A DNA stretch of 63,501 bases, counting the filler, from Octopus bimaculoides (Eukaryota): the NCBI RefSeq assembly GCF_001194135.2. It is 8 parts of 7 records of this genome, joined end to end, with 100 filler letters (N's around TTAATTAATTAA, not from the genome) between each part and the next. Parts side by side here need not be neighbours in the genome. Positions count along the whole stretch, not along the records: positions 3,915 to 26,838 come from NC_069005.1; 7 more parts are not named here. One strand, written 5' to 3'. The position numbers and the translations under genes are program-made. Positions 12,745 to 24,654 of the stretch are shown here, in pieces (positions within the stretch are counted from its first letter, which is position 1; every line of letters starts with the position of its first letter). Under the pieces are notes generated by a model. It saw nothing but the letters and a program-made list of their open reading frames with translations, was not told where the DNA came from and did not search any database.

Positions 12745-13227
12745 NNNNNNNNNNNNNNNNNNNNNNNNNNNNNNNNNNNNNNNNNNNNNNNNNNNNNNNN
12801 NNNNNNNNNNNNNNNNNNNNNNNNNNNNNNNNNNNNNNNNNNNNNNNNNNNNNNNNNNNNNNNNNNNNNNNNNNNNNNNNNNNNNNNNNNNNNNNNNNNN
12901 NNNNNNNNNNNNNNNNNNNNNNNNNNNNNNNNNNNNNNNNNNNNNNNNNNNNNNNNNNNNNNNNNNNNNNNNNNNNNNNNNNNNNNNNNNNNNNNNNNNN
13001 NNNNNNNNNNNNNNNNNNNNNNNNNNNNNNNNNNNNNNNNNNNNNNNNNNNNNNNNNNNNNNNNNNNNNNNNNNNNNNNNNNNNNNNNNNNNNNNNNNNN
13101 NNNNNNNNNNNNNNNNNNNNNNNNNNNNNNNNNNNNNNNNNNNNNNNNNNNNNNNNNNNNNNNNNNNNNNNNNNNNNNNNNNNNNNNNNNNNNNNNNNNN
13201 NNNNNNNNNNNNNNNNNNNNNNNNNNC

Positions 13228-13985
13228 TGCCAAGGTTGACTTTGCCTTTCATCCTTTCGAGTTTGATAAATTGAGTACCAGTTACGCACTGGGGTCGATG
13301 TGATCAACTTAATCCCTTTGTTTGTCCCCTCTGTGTGTAGCCCCTTGTGGGCAATAAAGAAATAAGAAACGTTAGCATGCCAGACGAAATGCTTAGTGGT
13401 ATTTCGTCTGCCGTTATGTTCTAAGTTCAAATTCTGCCAAGGTTGACTTTGCCTTTCATCCTTTCGAGTTTGATAAATTGAGTACCAGTTACGCACTGGG
13501 GTCGATGTGATCGACTTAATCCCTTTGTCTGTCCTTGTTTGTCCCCTCTATGTTTTTAGCCCCTAGTGGGCAATAAAGAAATAAGAATTGTTAGCATGCT
13601 GGGCAAAACGCTTAGTGGCATTTCATCAGTCTTTATGTCCTGAGTTCAAATTCTGCTGAGGTTAATTTTGCCTTTCAGCTTTTTGGTGTTGATAAAATAA
13701 GTACCAGTTGAATACTGAGGTTGATGTAATTTGTGCCAAAATTTGAAACCAATATTAGAATTTGTAGAGAAAGCAATGAGCTGGCAGAATTGTTAGCATG
13801 CCAGACAAACTGCTTAGTGGCATTTTGTCTGTCTTTATGTTCTGAGTTCAAATCTTGCCAAGGTTGACTATGCTTTCATCCTTTCAGGGTCAATAAATAA
13901 GTATCACATAGATACTGGGGTGGATTTAATTGACTTAACCCCCTCCGTTGAAACTGCTGGCTTTGTACCAAAAATTAAAATCAAT
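13228..13985 (+). mobile_element. Head-to-tail array of four family C SINE units
   Basis: Repeated gttagca...ttcaaat...tttcatcctt...agtacc blocks. Confidence 0.8.
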
Positions 13986-14519
13986 AATTAATGTAAGAGT
14001 GTGTGATGGATGTAGAGGTGGGTAAATGGATGAATGTATTGGTTGCCAGTGGATCCAGTATAGTTCCTTATTACACAGGCATTAGGCCAAGAGAGAGAGA
14101 GAAGGGTCAAAAGGTTGATAGAGCGGGGACAGAGGGCATGGCGCTGTTAACAGGAGAGGGGCAACACAGTGATGAGAAGGTGCTGAATAGGCAAAAAGGA
14201 TTGTAAATGAATATGTAACAGATGCAAAATAGGTGAACAGGCTTGCATGGGTGTGTTGTTAAGTAGCTTGCTTCTCAACCATGTGGTCTTGGGTTCAGTT
14301 CCACTGAACAGCACCTTGTGCAAATTTCTTCGATAATAACCCCAAGTTGACCAAAGCCTTTTGGGTGGATTTGGTAGTGAGAACTGAAAGAAACCAATCA
14401 TATGTATATACAGAATACAGTGAATAAATTGTCTGAATTACACAAAAATGAAAATAACACTGACATCTCATCTTAACAGATATAATCACCAAAATTATAT
14501 ACAAATATCTTGAAATACT

Positions 14520-15230
14520 AAAGAGTAAATTTATTCAATAAAAGCACCATTGGCTTCAACCATGGCCTCCAGACGACTTTGGAATCACCTGCAGCTTTTA
14601 TGGACAGTCTCCTTGCTTAAGGTGGGTGAATGCTGCCATAATCCTTGCCTGCATTCATTTTGTTAGTCTTGCTCAACTATGCCCCACACATAATAATCAA
14701 GGGGGTTGCAGTCTGGGGAGTTAGGTGGCCAGATGTTAAGGGTGATGTGGTCACAGAAATTGTCTGACAGCCATGACACGGTTCTCCTGTTTGTGTGGCA
14801 TGATGAAGAGTCTTGTTAGACATAGGGTCTTCCAGCAGCCACTCTCTTGACCAAGGGCAGCACTACCTCCTCCAGGCACTTGATGTAGACCTCCATGTTG
14901 AGTGTGAGGCCATGTGGGAAGATGAATGGAGACATAACATTGCCATCACTAATGATCGCTCCAAACACGATGATGTTGAATGGATGTTTGATTTCATGTC
15001 CTCAGATTGCACTGTCCTCAGATTGACACTCAAACACTCTCAAATGTTCATATAGGAGCTTCCAGCATGAATGCCAAGCAGTACAGCATGTCATTTCCAA
15101 ACTTCTAGCAGAGTGAGTTGTGTCATGGTGCTGTTTTTCTTACAGACGGTGCCCAACTGACCCTACTATACTGTGTAGTTGACAAAGTCAAGAACAAACA
15201 ATGTGCATGCGCCAAATTAAACATATGAAA
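14520..15230 (-). mobile_element. Tc1/mariner DD37D (maT-type) transposase remnant
   Basis: QDSSSCHT...WPPNSPDCNPLDYYVWG with 37 residues between the 2nd and 3rd Asp; in-frame stops. Confidence 0.85.
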
Positions 15231-15255
15231 TGGTGACAATTTACCTATTGCATCT

Positions 15256-15296
<41 letters not shown>

Positions 15297-17428
15297 NNNN
15301 NNNNNNNNNNNNNNNNNNNNNNNNNNNNNNNNNNNNNNNNNNNNNNNNNNNNNNNNNNNNNNNNNNNNNNNNNNNNNNNNNNNNNNNNNNNNNNNNNNNN
15401 NNNNNNNNNNNNNNNNNNNNNNNNNNNNNNNNNNNNNNNNNNNNNNNNNNNNNNNNNNNNNNNNNNNNNNNNNNNNNNNNNNNNNNNNNNNNNNNNNNNN
15501 NNNNNNNNNNNNNNNNNNNNNNNNNNNNNNNNNNNNNNNNNNNNNNNNNNNNNNNNNNNNNNNNNNNNNNNNNNNNNNNNNNNNNNNNNNNNNNNNNNNN
15601 NNNNNNNNNNNNNNNNNNNNNNNNNNNNNNNNNNNNNNNNNNNNNNNNNNNNNNNNNNNNNNNNNNNNNNNNNNNNNNNNNNNNNNNNNNNNNNNNNNNN
15701 NNNNNNNNNNNNNNNNNNNNNNNNNNNNNNNNNNNNNNNNNNNNNNNNNNNNNNNNNNNNNNNNNNNNNNNNNNNNNNNNNNNNNNNNNNNNNNNNNNNN
15801 NNNNNNNNNNNNNNNNNNNNNNNNNNNNNNNNNNNNNNNNNNNNNNNNNNNNNNNNNNNNNNNNNNNNNNNNNNNNNNNNNNNNNNNNNNNNNNNNNNNN
15901 NNNNNNNNNNNNNNNNNNNNNNNNNNNNNNNNNNNNNNNNNNNNNNNGCAACGTCGAGCCTAGTGAGTTCTTAGATGGGTGACCGTTTGCGAAACCTAGG
16001 GGCTGTAAGCGTCATACACTTCTTATAGGCGTAAGTGTGGCTGTGTGGCAAGTAGCTTGCTTACGAACCACATGGTTCCGGGTTCAGTCCCACTGCGTGA
16101 CACCTTGGGTAAGTGTCTGCTACTATAGCCTCGGGCCGACCAAAGCCTTGTGAGTGGATTTGGTAGACGGAAACTGAAAGAAGCCCGTCGTATATGTGTG
16201 TGTGTGTGTGTGTGCGTGTGTGTGTGCGTATATGTTTGTGTGTCTGTGTGTACATATATGTACACACACACACACATCTGTGTGTTTGTATGTGTGTATA
16301 TATAAAATAGACTTGATTGGAATGGAGTTTATACTAGCAGGTACAACAAAATATATTAATTTATCTCTTTATTTAACTTGTTAAGATATATTGATAAACG
16401 TCACCGACCATTGCTTCTTCAGATATTATTTCGGTCATAGGAACCTTTCTGTTTGTCACGTTTCCTTATAGGAAACCTATATGAAAGTCGTTGGTATAGA
16501 AACAAAGGCTCGTGTAGTCAATTGCTTCAAAGTCGTTCGCAGAATTCATCAATTGTTGCATTGTATGTGGTTGTGTGTCATATGTGTAATGGTGTCGGAT
16601 GCTAGCTGGGTTCGATAAAGTTCAAAGAGTGTCGTTTTTTGGTCGTAGGTTATTCTTTTGTCTTGTTATGAATGTGTTGCCATGCCAGATGCACCAACGG
16701 TTGAGAACACATATGTTTGTAGAAATATATCCACCACAGCGACATCCCATACTTGAGACACTGGCAATTCCTGTATCAGAAGAATACGAGCAAGACAGCA
16801 TGGTACTTTCTCACGCGGAATACCGCATGTTTTTGTAGTTCGTTTGATTATTGTATCAATCATGTACGTCTTGCGTGACGCCTTGCTTCATACATAAAAA
16901 TAAACTATAAAGACGTTCTTGCCCAGATATCTGTTCGTTTGCTACAACAGATGGTTTTATTGTTTATGTGAGTACAAGAAAATTAAAGCCAAAGGCCTCA
17001 GTAACACTCTTCTTTGGTTGCTGTTTTTAATTTGAGTTGCACCCGTAACCTAGCGGTTCGGTAATGAGAGTCCGATGGAATAAGCATGAGACATCAAATA
17101 ATAACTGAGATCGATATGATTGACTTAAATTGTTCAAGACGATGTCTCAGGGTAGTCATAATTCGCAGAATAATTGAATATAAACGATGAAATTGCCAAC
17201 CAAATGGACATGGACACAAACAAACTCAAAGAAACTTTTTTTAAATATAGGCGCAGGAGTGGCTGTATGGTAAGTAGCTTGCTTACCAACCACATGGCTT
17301 CGGGTTCAGTCCCACTGCGTGGCACCTTGGGCAAGTGTCTGCTACTATAGCCTCGGGCCGACCAAAGCCTTGTGAGTGGATTTGGTAGCTGGAAACTGAA
17401 AGAAGCCCGTCGTATATATGTATATATA

Positions 17429-18405
17429 TGTAGTGAAACCATCTCTCCCACTGTTATATATAAACAAATGCGAGCGTAGCAGAGAACATCTCTTTCCCTG
17501 TCATCACCTGACTGACTTTTATTTACGCGGCAATTGTCTCCACTCCATTTGCCGCCAGGACGCAAATCGACCAACCGTAGCCCCTAATAAGGTCACGTGA
17601 GAGTGTTCTTCTGATGCTTCTCTGGAGCCTATCTGTATCTATAAATAGCCTAAGTTATCCCCGCCAAGTCGTCGCGGCTCAGATCTTGTAGGATCTGGTC
17701 GTAGACCACCTACGCGTAACACAGCACCAACCAACCAGCCAGTTCCAGCGACGACATCAACAGCCACTTCAACTACGACTACCAGCATCGTCCTCAACAG
17801 CGTCAACATGACTTCTACACGTACGCAAGCTACCAACAGCTACCAAACAGCCACCGCAGCTTCTCAACCCTGTTTGTGTGATTTGCTCACCACGAAATTA
17901 ACAGCCAGAATTCAGCCTGCGAAGAACATCTGTATTCAAGAATCCGGCCCGGCATAGAAGCCCCAACATCACGACGAGTGACCGCTCTGCCTTAACGCCT
18001 TAACCTCTTACATACAGATTATCAATACTACTGTGTACTCTAAGAACTGGTATCTTATATTCTTATCCGTGTTACTGACTCTGTTCTATACTCTGTAACT
18101 CTTACATACACATACACACTCTTTTGTTTACATGACGGCCTGTCTTTGATTGTGTTTCATTATGTCGCATTCACTCACACACAGACATACAGTTTAATGC
18201 TCCAATAAATCTTACTGTTATACACCCTTATCGGTTGCGTTCATATCTTGTCCTTTCCTGGCAAATTTCTTAGTTCTCTATGTTATAGAATTATAACATA
18301 TTTATTATCATTATATTTTGTGTTGACCGTGTGACGCGTTTAAAAAAGGAGCCTGTTTTCCATTCGTCACCATTTCTCCTTTTGGTTCGCACGGTCGTTC
18401 TTACA
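17429..18405 (+). mobile_element. Solo LTR (about 977 bp) inserted in the internal microsatellite of a SINE
   Basis: TG...CA termini, TATAAATA at 17640, AATAAA at 18204, TA-repeat flanks. It separates a SINE head (17247-17428) from its tail (18430-18645). Confidence 0.75.
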
Positions 18406-19479
18406 TATATATATATATGCGTGTGTGTTTGTGTGTCTGTGTTTGTCCCCCCAACATCGCTTGACAACCGATGCTGGTGTGTTTACGTCCCCATAACTTA
18501 CTGGTTCGGCAAAAGAGACCGAGAGAATAAGTACTAGCAAAGAATAAGTACTTACAAAGAATAAGTCCTGGGGTCGATTTGCTCGACTAAAGGCGGTGCT
18601 CCAGCATGGCTGCAGTCAAATGACTGAAACAAGTGAAAGAGTAAATATTTTAATAGTAAGAAATTCATTTGTGGGAGGAGAGGAAGAAAATGATTTTGGG
18701 AAAGAAGGGATTTAATTCAGTTATAAAGTCAAAAACGGAAAAAATAAATATAATATTCAATAAATCCGTTCAACAAGAACTGAAATTTTTAGTTGGGTTG
18801 AGTTAAATCGATTACATCGATCCAGAGCTCCACTGGCACTTGTTTTTTCGAACTCGAAATTATGAGAGATAAAGTTGACCTTGGCAGAATTTGAACTCAG
18901 AACGTAAAGACAGACAAAATGCTAGCGCTTCTATCCACGTCGTGCTAGCGATTCTACCCGCTCTTCTCCGTATAATTCAATAAATAAACAGAAACAAAAT
19001 TCTTTGGAGTTGATAAAAAGAAAAGACATTTATGGTCAGGTAATGTAAGGAAAATAACTCTTTATATTTTTTGAGGAGTTATTGCCCTTACATTCATCTC
19101 GCGTGCGCGACATATCCATGTGTAAATACGTGCGATTTCTTTGTATATATCAAGCGTGGTTTTAGCATTTATATCTAATTTAACTACTTCACACACACAC
19201 ACGTACGTACGTACATACGTGTGTATGAGTAATTATGAGTAACCGTCCTGCACACGCTAGTACAATGTCTGAGCATTGCTGAGATATGGAGTTACGTTGA
19301 ACAGCTGCGTAATCGACCGACTCCGCCACCTTCCTTTGCCCGGAAAGGGCAGGCACTTTCCCCCTAGCTTTATCTTTTATCTTTTACTTGTTTTAGTCAT
19401 TAGATTGCGGCCATGCTGGAGCATCGCATTGAAGAATTTTTGTAGTCGAATGAATGAGATGCCACATCTTTTCGATTTC

Positions 19480-20075
19480 GATTAGCAAATCTTTATAATT
19501 TTTAAGGTTATCAAATTCTTTTACCGAGATATTATGGTCACAGGGTATGCTCATGTCAATCAATAAACAGACTTTATAGTTTTTGTCTTTCACAACAATA
19601 TCTGGTTTATTTGCTTTGATGGTCCGGTCTGTACATAGTGGGGTTTGCTCTGTTCTCATATCAATACCGATTTCTTTGACATATTTTTCGAACTTGGTTA
19701 TTAGAGTTCCAAGTACCCCTACAGCTACTGGAATGACAGACACTCACCTCACAGTCCACATTCTTGCAATTTCGTCTTTTAGTAGTCTGTACTATTCAAT
19801 CTTTTCGAGTTCTTCGTCACTTATGTGTGCATCTCCAGGTTTTGCAATATCTATGATCTTGGTTTCCTTTTTTCCTTTATCTACCATAACAATATCTGGT
19901 CTCCGAGCCTCGATTTGGGAGTCACGTGGGATTGTAAAATCTCACAGTATCTTGTGTTCCTTGTTCTCGGTGACTCCTTCTGGCTCATGTTCGTACCCTT
20001 TCCGTGCTCTGTTCAGGCCGTACTTTTCACATAGCCTCCAGTGGACGAACTTAGTCACGTTATCGCGCCTCCTTG
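19480..20075 (-). mobile_element. Dong/R4-type endonuclease fragments from two different families
   Basis: ILWDFTIP...ARRPDIV...IIDIAKPGD...VIPVAVGVLG (19637-20075) fused to DRTIKANKPDIVV...LIDMSIPCD (19480-19636). Confidence 0.8.
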
Positions 20076-20280
20076 TTAATTGTCATAACTTAAAAAATTT
20101 ATTTTCCTGTCCATTTTCTCAAGCTAGTTCTTTGTCCACCTAACAACACCTGCGCCGTCGACTTTGCCTTTCATCCTTTCAGGGTCGATAAATTAAATAC
20201 CAGTCAAGTCCTGGAATCAATGTGATCGGTTGTCCTTCTCTCCACAAAAATCCAGGCCTTGTGCTTATAGTAGAAAGGAT

Positions 20281-20830
20281 CAATCAATCAATAAACAAAC
20301 TTTATTGTTTTGGACTTTCACATCAATATCTGGTTTATTTGCTTTGATGGTCCGGTCTGTACATACTAGGAAGTCTCAAAGAATAGTTACATTTTCTCCC
20401 TCGGTTACAGCCTCAGGGTGGTGCTCATACCATTTGTCAGCAGTTTTGATTTTATAATGCCGACACATTATCCAATGTAGATATTGGCCAACTCTGTCAT
20501 GTCTTGATTTATACTCTTCAGGTGCTAAAACCTTACATCCAGAGATTAGGTGGTCCACTGTTTCTATCCCATCGTTGCAGTATCGGCACTTTGGGTCAAT
20601 ACCATTTTTTATCACATTGGCTTGATAGTTTCCGGTCAATAATCTCTGATCTTGGGCAGCCAACATAAAGCCTCCACTTTTGGTCTTTAACCCTGAGCTC
20701 CGTAGCCACGGATGGGCGCGCTTCTGATCTACACCAGCTTGTTTGCTACGGGCCATATATTTACCATGCAGAGCTTTTTATTCCCCCCTTTCAGCCAATT
20801 GTTTAAACGCATTTTGCTTTGCTATTGATT
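20281..20830 (-). mobile_element. Dong/R4-type non-LTR retrotransposon remnant (CCHC knuckle + start of restriction-like endonuclease)
   Basis: CRYCNDGIETVDHLISGC (CX2CX8HX4C), RHDRVGQYLHW, WYEHHPE, KANKPDI. Confidence 0.85.
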
Positions 20831-21129
20831 TCGTCTTCTTTGCAGCTACAGTTGCTGCACTTCCATCATGCTTTTCATCCTGGGTATTATGCATAAACTC
20901 ACAAGGCGGCGAACTGGCAGAATCGTTAGCACGCCGGACAAAATGCTTAGCGGCATTTCGTCCGTCCGTACGTTCTGAGTTCAAATTCTGCCGAGGTCGA
21001 CTTTACCTTTCATCCTTTCGGTGTTGATAAATTAAGTACCAGTGAAACACTGGGATCGATGTAATCAACTCGTCCCTTCCCTCAAAATTTCAGGTCTTGT
21101 GCCTTTAGTAGAAAGGACTACTACTACTG

Positions 21130-21192
<63 letters not shown>

Positions 21193-21193
<1 letters not shown>

Positions 21194-21452
21194 ACGGCAT
21201 TACTGTTGCAACCGCTTTCCATTTGACCACAATCCGTGGTTTAGGACAAGAAGTATTCTGGTGCCATACTCTATTAAAGTCTTTCAGTGTTGTTTATCTG
21301 TGTTCTAACTTTCTATCAAAGAATTTCCGGATAATTCTTGAGGAACCAAATACACAAATTTCCTCTTCTCTCTAATTAAAGTCTAGTTTCCCAAGATTTA
21401 CCCTCAAATTCTTCGTCTCAGTTGCCAAAGACCTAACAACAATTGACAAGAT
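21193..21452 (-). mobile_element. 3' end of a Dong/R4-like element next to a (TAG)n tract
   Basis: Degenerate translation ...VFGSSRIIRKFFD matches the usual ORF end. Confidence 0.45.
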
Positions 21453-21604
21453 NNNNNNNNNNNNNNNNNNNNNNNNNNNNNNNNNNNNNNNNNNNNNNNN
21501 NNNNNNNNNNNNNNNNNNNNNNNNNNNNNNNNNNNNNNNNNNNNNNNNNNNNNNNNNNNNNNNNNNNNNNNTAAGAATTCTAAATTCTTCTTCTTGATTC
21601 CAGT

Positions 21605-21990
21605 ATTCGACAATCGCAAAAAAAACCCCTCCACTTTCTATGGGAGAATTTACGAAAAAAACAACAGACGAAGACAGGTGGTGTAAACAACAAATGGATG
21701 TATTAGTTTGACGCTCGGGAACAGAGAAAGTCTTTGACGTTTCGAGCTACGCTCTTCAACTGAAAGGAACACAGAAAGAAATAAGGAGAGAAACAAGGAG
21801 AAAAAAATATAAATGTAGTGGTCAGCGATCTATCATGGCGAATGTCGGACAGAAGGTTCACACAGGAGAGCTAAGAAAAGGGGGAGATAACAAAGGGGAA
21901 ATAAGTGGTGAACCCAAGACGAGAAGCTGTGTGTGTGAGAGAGACTGCTGGTGATCTTAACGTATGTATGTGTGTATGTAGGTGTGAAAA
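21605..21990 (-). mobile_element. Penelope-like pseudo-LTR copy with variant hammerhead (21732-21766)
   Basis: CUUU-CAGUUGA-A-GAGC(GUA)GCUC-GAA-ACGU-C-AAAG; same family as 53945-54168. Confidence 0.65.
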
Positions 21991-22168
21991 AGTGGGGAAG
22001 GGAGTTGGTCAGTGCTAGTATTGTGCCCTTATTTCCCTTTCAGTGAGTATGGGAGACTCCCGAAATAATTTCGCCTTATCGCTTTCAAGGATTTTCATTT
22101 CTTCCCATCCCCGCAGGATGGTCAAAGTTCCTTCTCTGTTCATGTACAAACGGAAAATTTTATCATGT

Positions 22169-22402
22169 AAGGCGGCGAGCTGGCAGAAACGTTAGCACAC
22201 CGGGCGAAATGCTTAGCGGTATTTCGTCTGTCGCTACGATCTGAGTTCAAATTCCGCCGAGGTCGACTTTGCCTTTCATCCTTTCGGGGTCGATTAAATA
22301 AGTACCAGTTACGCACTGGGGTCGATATAATCGCCTTAATCCGTTAGTCTGTCCTTGTTTGTCCCCTCTGTGTGTAGCCCCTTGTGGGCAGTAACGAAAT
22401 AG
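22169..22402 (+). mobile_element. SINE family C (tRNA head + gcctttcatcctttcggggtcgataaa central domain, MetaSINE-like), young full copy
   Basis: 16-bp TSD gaaa(a/c)ttttatcatgt at 22153-22168 and 22403-22418. Other copies: 20903-21116, 30967-31160, 45775-45890, 20145-20280 (+); 24090-24310, 18800-18970, 40975-41170 (-). Confidence 0.9.
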
Positions 22403-22764
22403 GAAACTTTTATCATGTCAGTTTTTTTTTGTGTTCATTTCGAACGAAATATGAGCATTCCGTTGCACTTTTATTACATCAATTATTATTATTATTATCA
22501 TTATTATTAGTTTGATTATTTTCATCATTACGGTCATTATTTTCAAATTATGAAATGAAAGGAATTTTAAAAAAAAATCGATGCAACGAATCTGTATCTG
22601 TTGGTAAGACTGTACTGATCATAAATGGATTGATACGGAAGATAAATAATTTAAAAAGACATTTCAGCATTGAGACACACATACACACACACATACACAC
22701 ATACATACATACATACATACATACATATGTATATATGTATGTATGTCTATGTATGTATGCATAC

Positions 22765-22851
<87 letters not shown>

Positions 22852-23163
22852 CATCTATATATGTATACGTACGCATGTATAAAGATAAATGTGTGTGCAA
22901 ATATGCACTCACACATACGCACAGATACGCACACACATACGCACACACACACATACGCACCCTCACACATACACATACACACACACACACACATGTACAT
23001 ACGTAGCAGAGAAAACTGGAACATTAACCAGCAGACAATAGTAAATGATGTGAAATTAAATTATAATGAGAACGAATTAAACTATTAGAAAAAACCAAGA
23101 GGATGTGTGTTTTGGAGAGAAAGGGAGAGAGAGGGGGGGGGCGGAAATAGATAGCTCTATTTG

Positions 23164-23195
<32 letters not shown>

Positions 23196-24578
23196 AACAA
23201 TATATGAGTATATGCATATATATGTACATGTATGTACATACCTTCATCTACATGTACATATAGATACATATCTGGGTATATGACGTTGCAAAAAAACNNN
23301 NNNNNNNNNNNNNNNNNNNNNNNNNNNNNNNNNNNNNNNNNNNNNNNNNNNNNNNNNNNNNNNNNNNNNNNNNNNNNNNNNNNNNNNNNNNNNNNNNNNN
23401 NNNNNNNNNNNNNNNNNNNNNNNNNNNNNNNNNNNNNNNNNNNNNNNNNNNNNNNNNNNNNNNNNNNNNNNNNNNNNNNNNNNNNNNNNNNNNNNNNNNN
23501 NNNNNNNNNNNNNNNNNNNNNNNNNNNNNNNNNNNNNNNNNNNNNNNNNNNNNNNNNNNNNNNNNNNNNNNNNNNNNNATATAGATAGATAGATAGATAA
23601 ATAGATAGGTATATACGTAGGTAAATAGATAGACAAATGGACGTCTCACGTATATATGTGTACACACACACACAGACACATCAACTAAAATTTCTTCAAT
23701 TCTTCAAGGCTGTGCCCCAGTATAGCCACAGACTGACACAAGTAAAAGAGGAAAGCTATACGTATGTATGCAGATATATGTACATATGCATGTGCGTGAA
23801 TGTATTGAGAATTTGAAAATAATATCTCTATGAAGCTACTCAAATGCCAATAAAACAAGAAATAATAGTCCCCGATAAATCAAGTTATAGAATTTTAAAC
23901 AAGGAAAAATGGACAAAATTATCTGCGGAATCGATGTACATGTTTGGCGCATACTAGACGCCACCAATACACACCCACACACTCACACATTATAGTTTGC
24001 ATCTGACTCGGCAAGTTGTGGCTTATTCAAGAAGTAAATTTGAATCCCAGTCAATCCAACACGTATAATAGGTTTGACAATACTAAATATATTCTTTTCT
24101 GCTCTAGGCGCAAGGCCAGAAAATTTGGGGGAGTGGGGACCAGTCGATTAGATCTACCCCAGTACGCAACTGGCACTTAATTTATCGACCCCGAAAGGAT
24201 GAAAGGCAAAGTCAACCTCGGCAGAATTTGGACTCAGAACGTAAAGACAGACGAAATACCGCAAAGCATTTCGCCCGGCATGCTAACAATTCTGCCAGCT
24301 CATCGCCTTAAAAGGAAAGTAAATATATCGACTCTTAGTTATATCTTTATGCAATCCAACAACACTAACATTAACACATTCGCATATGTATAAATAAATG
24401 GTTGTGTGTGTGTGTGTGACTGTGTGGTAAGAAGCTTGCTTCCCAACTACATAGTTCCAAGTTCAGTCCCACTGCGTGGCACCTTGGGCAAGTGTTTTCT
24501 ACTATAGTTTCGGGTCTTGTGGGTGAGTTTGGTAGACGAAAATAGAAAGAATCCCGTCGTATACACACACACACACAC

Positions 24579-24649
<71 letters not shown>

Positions 24650-24654
24650 TGAAT

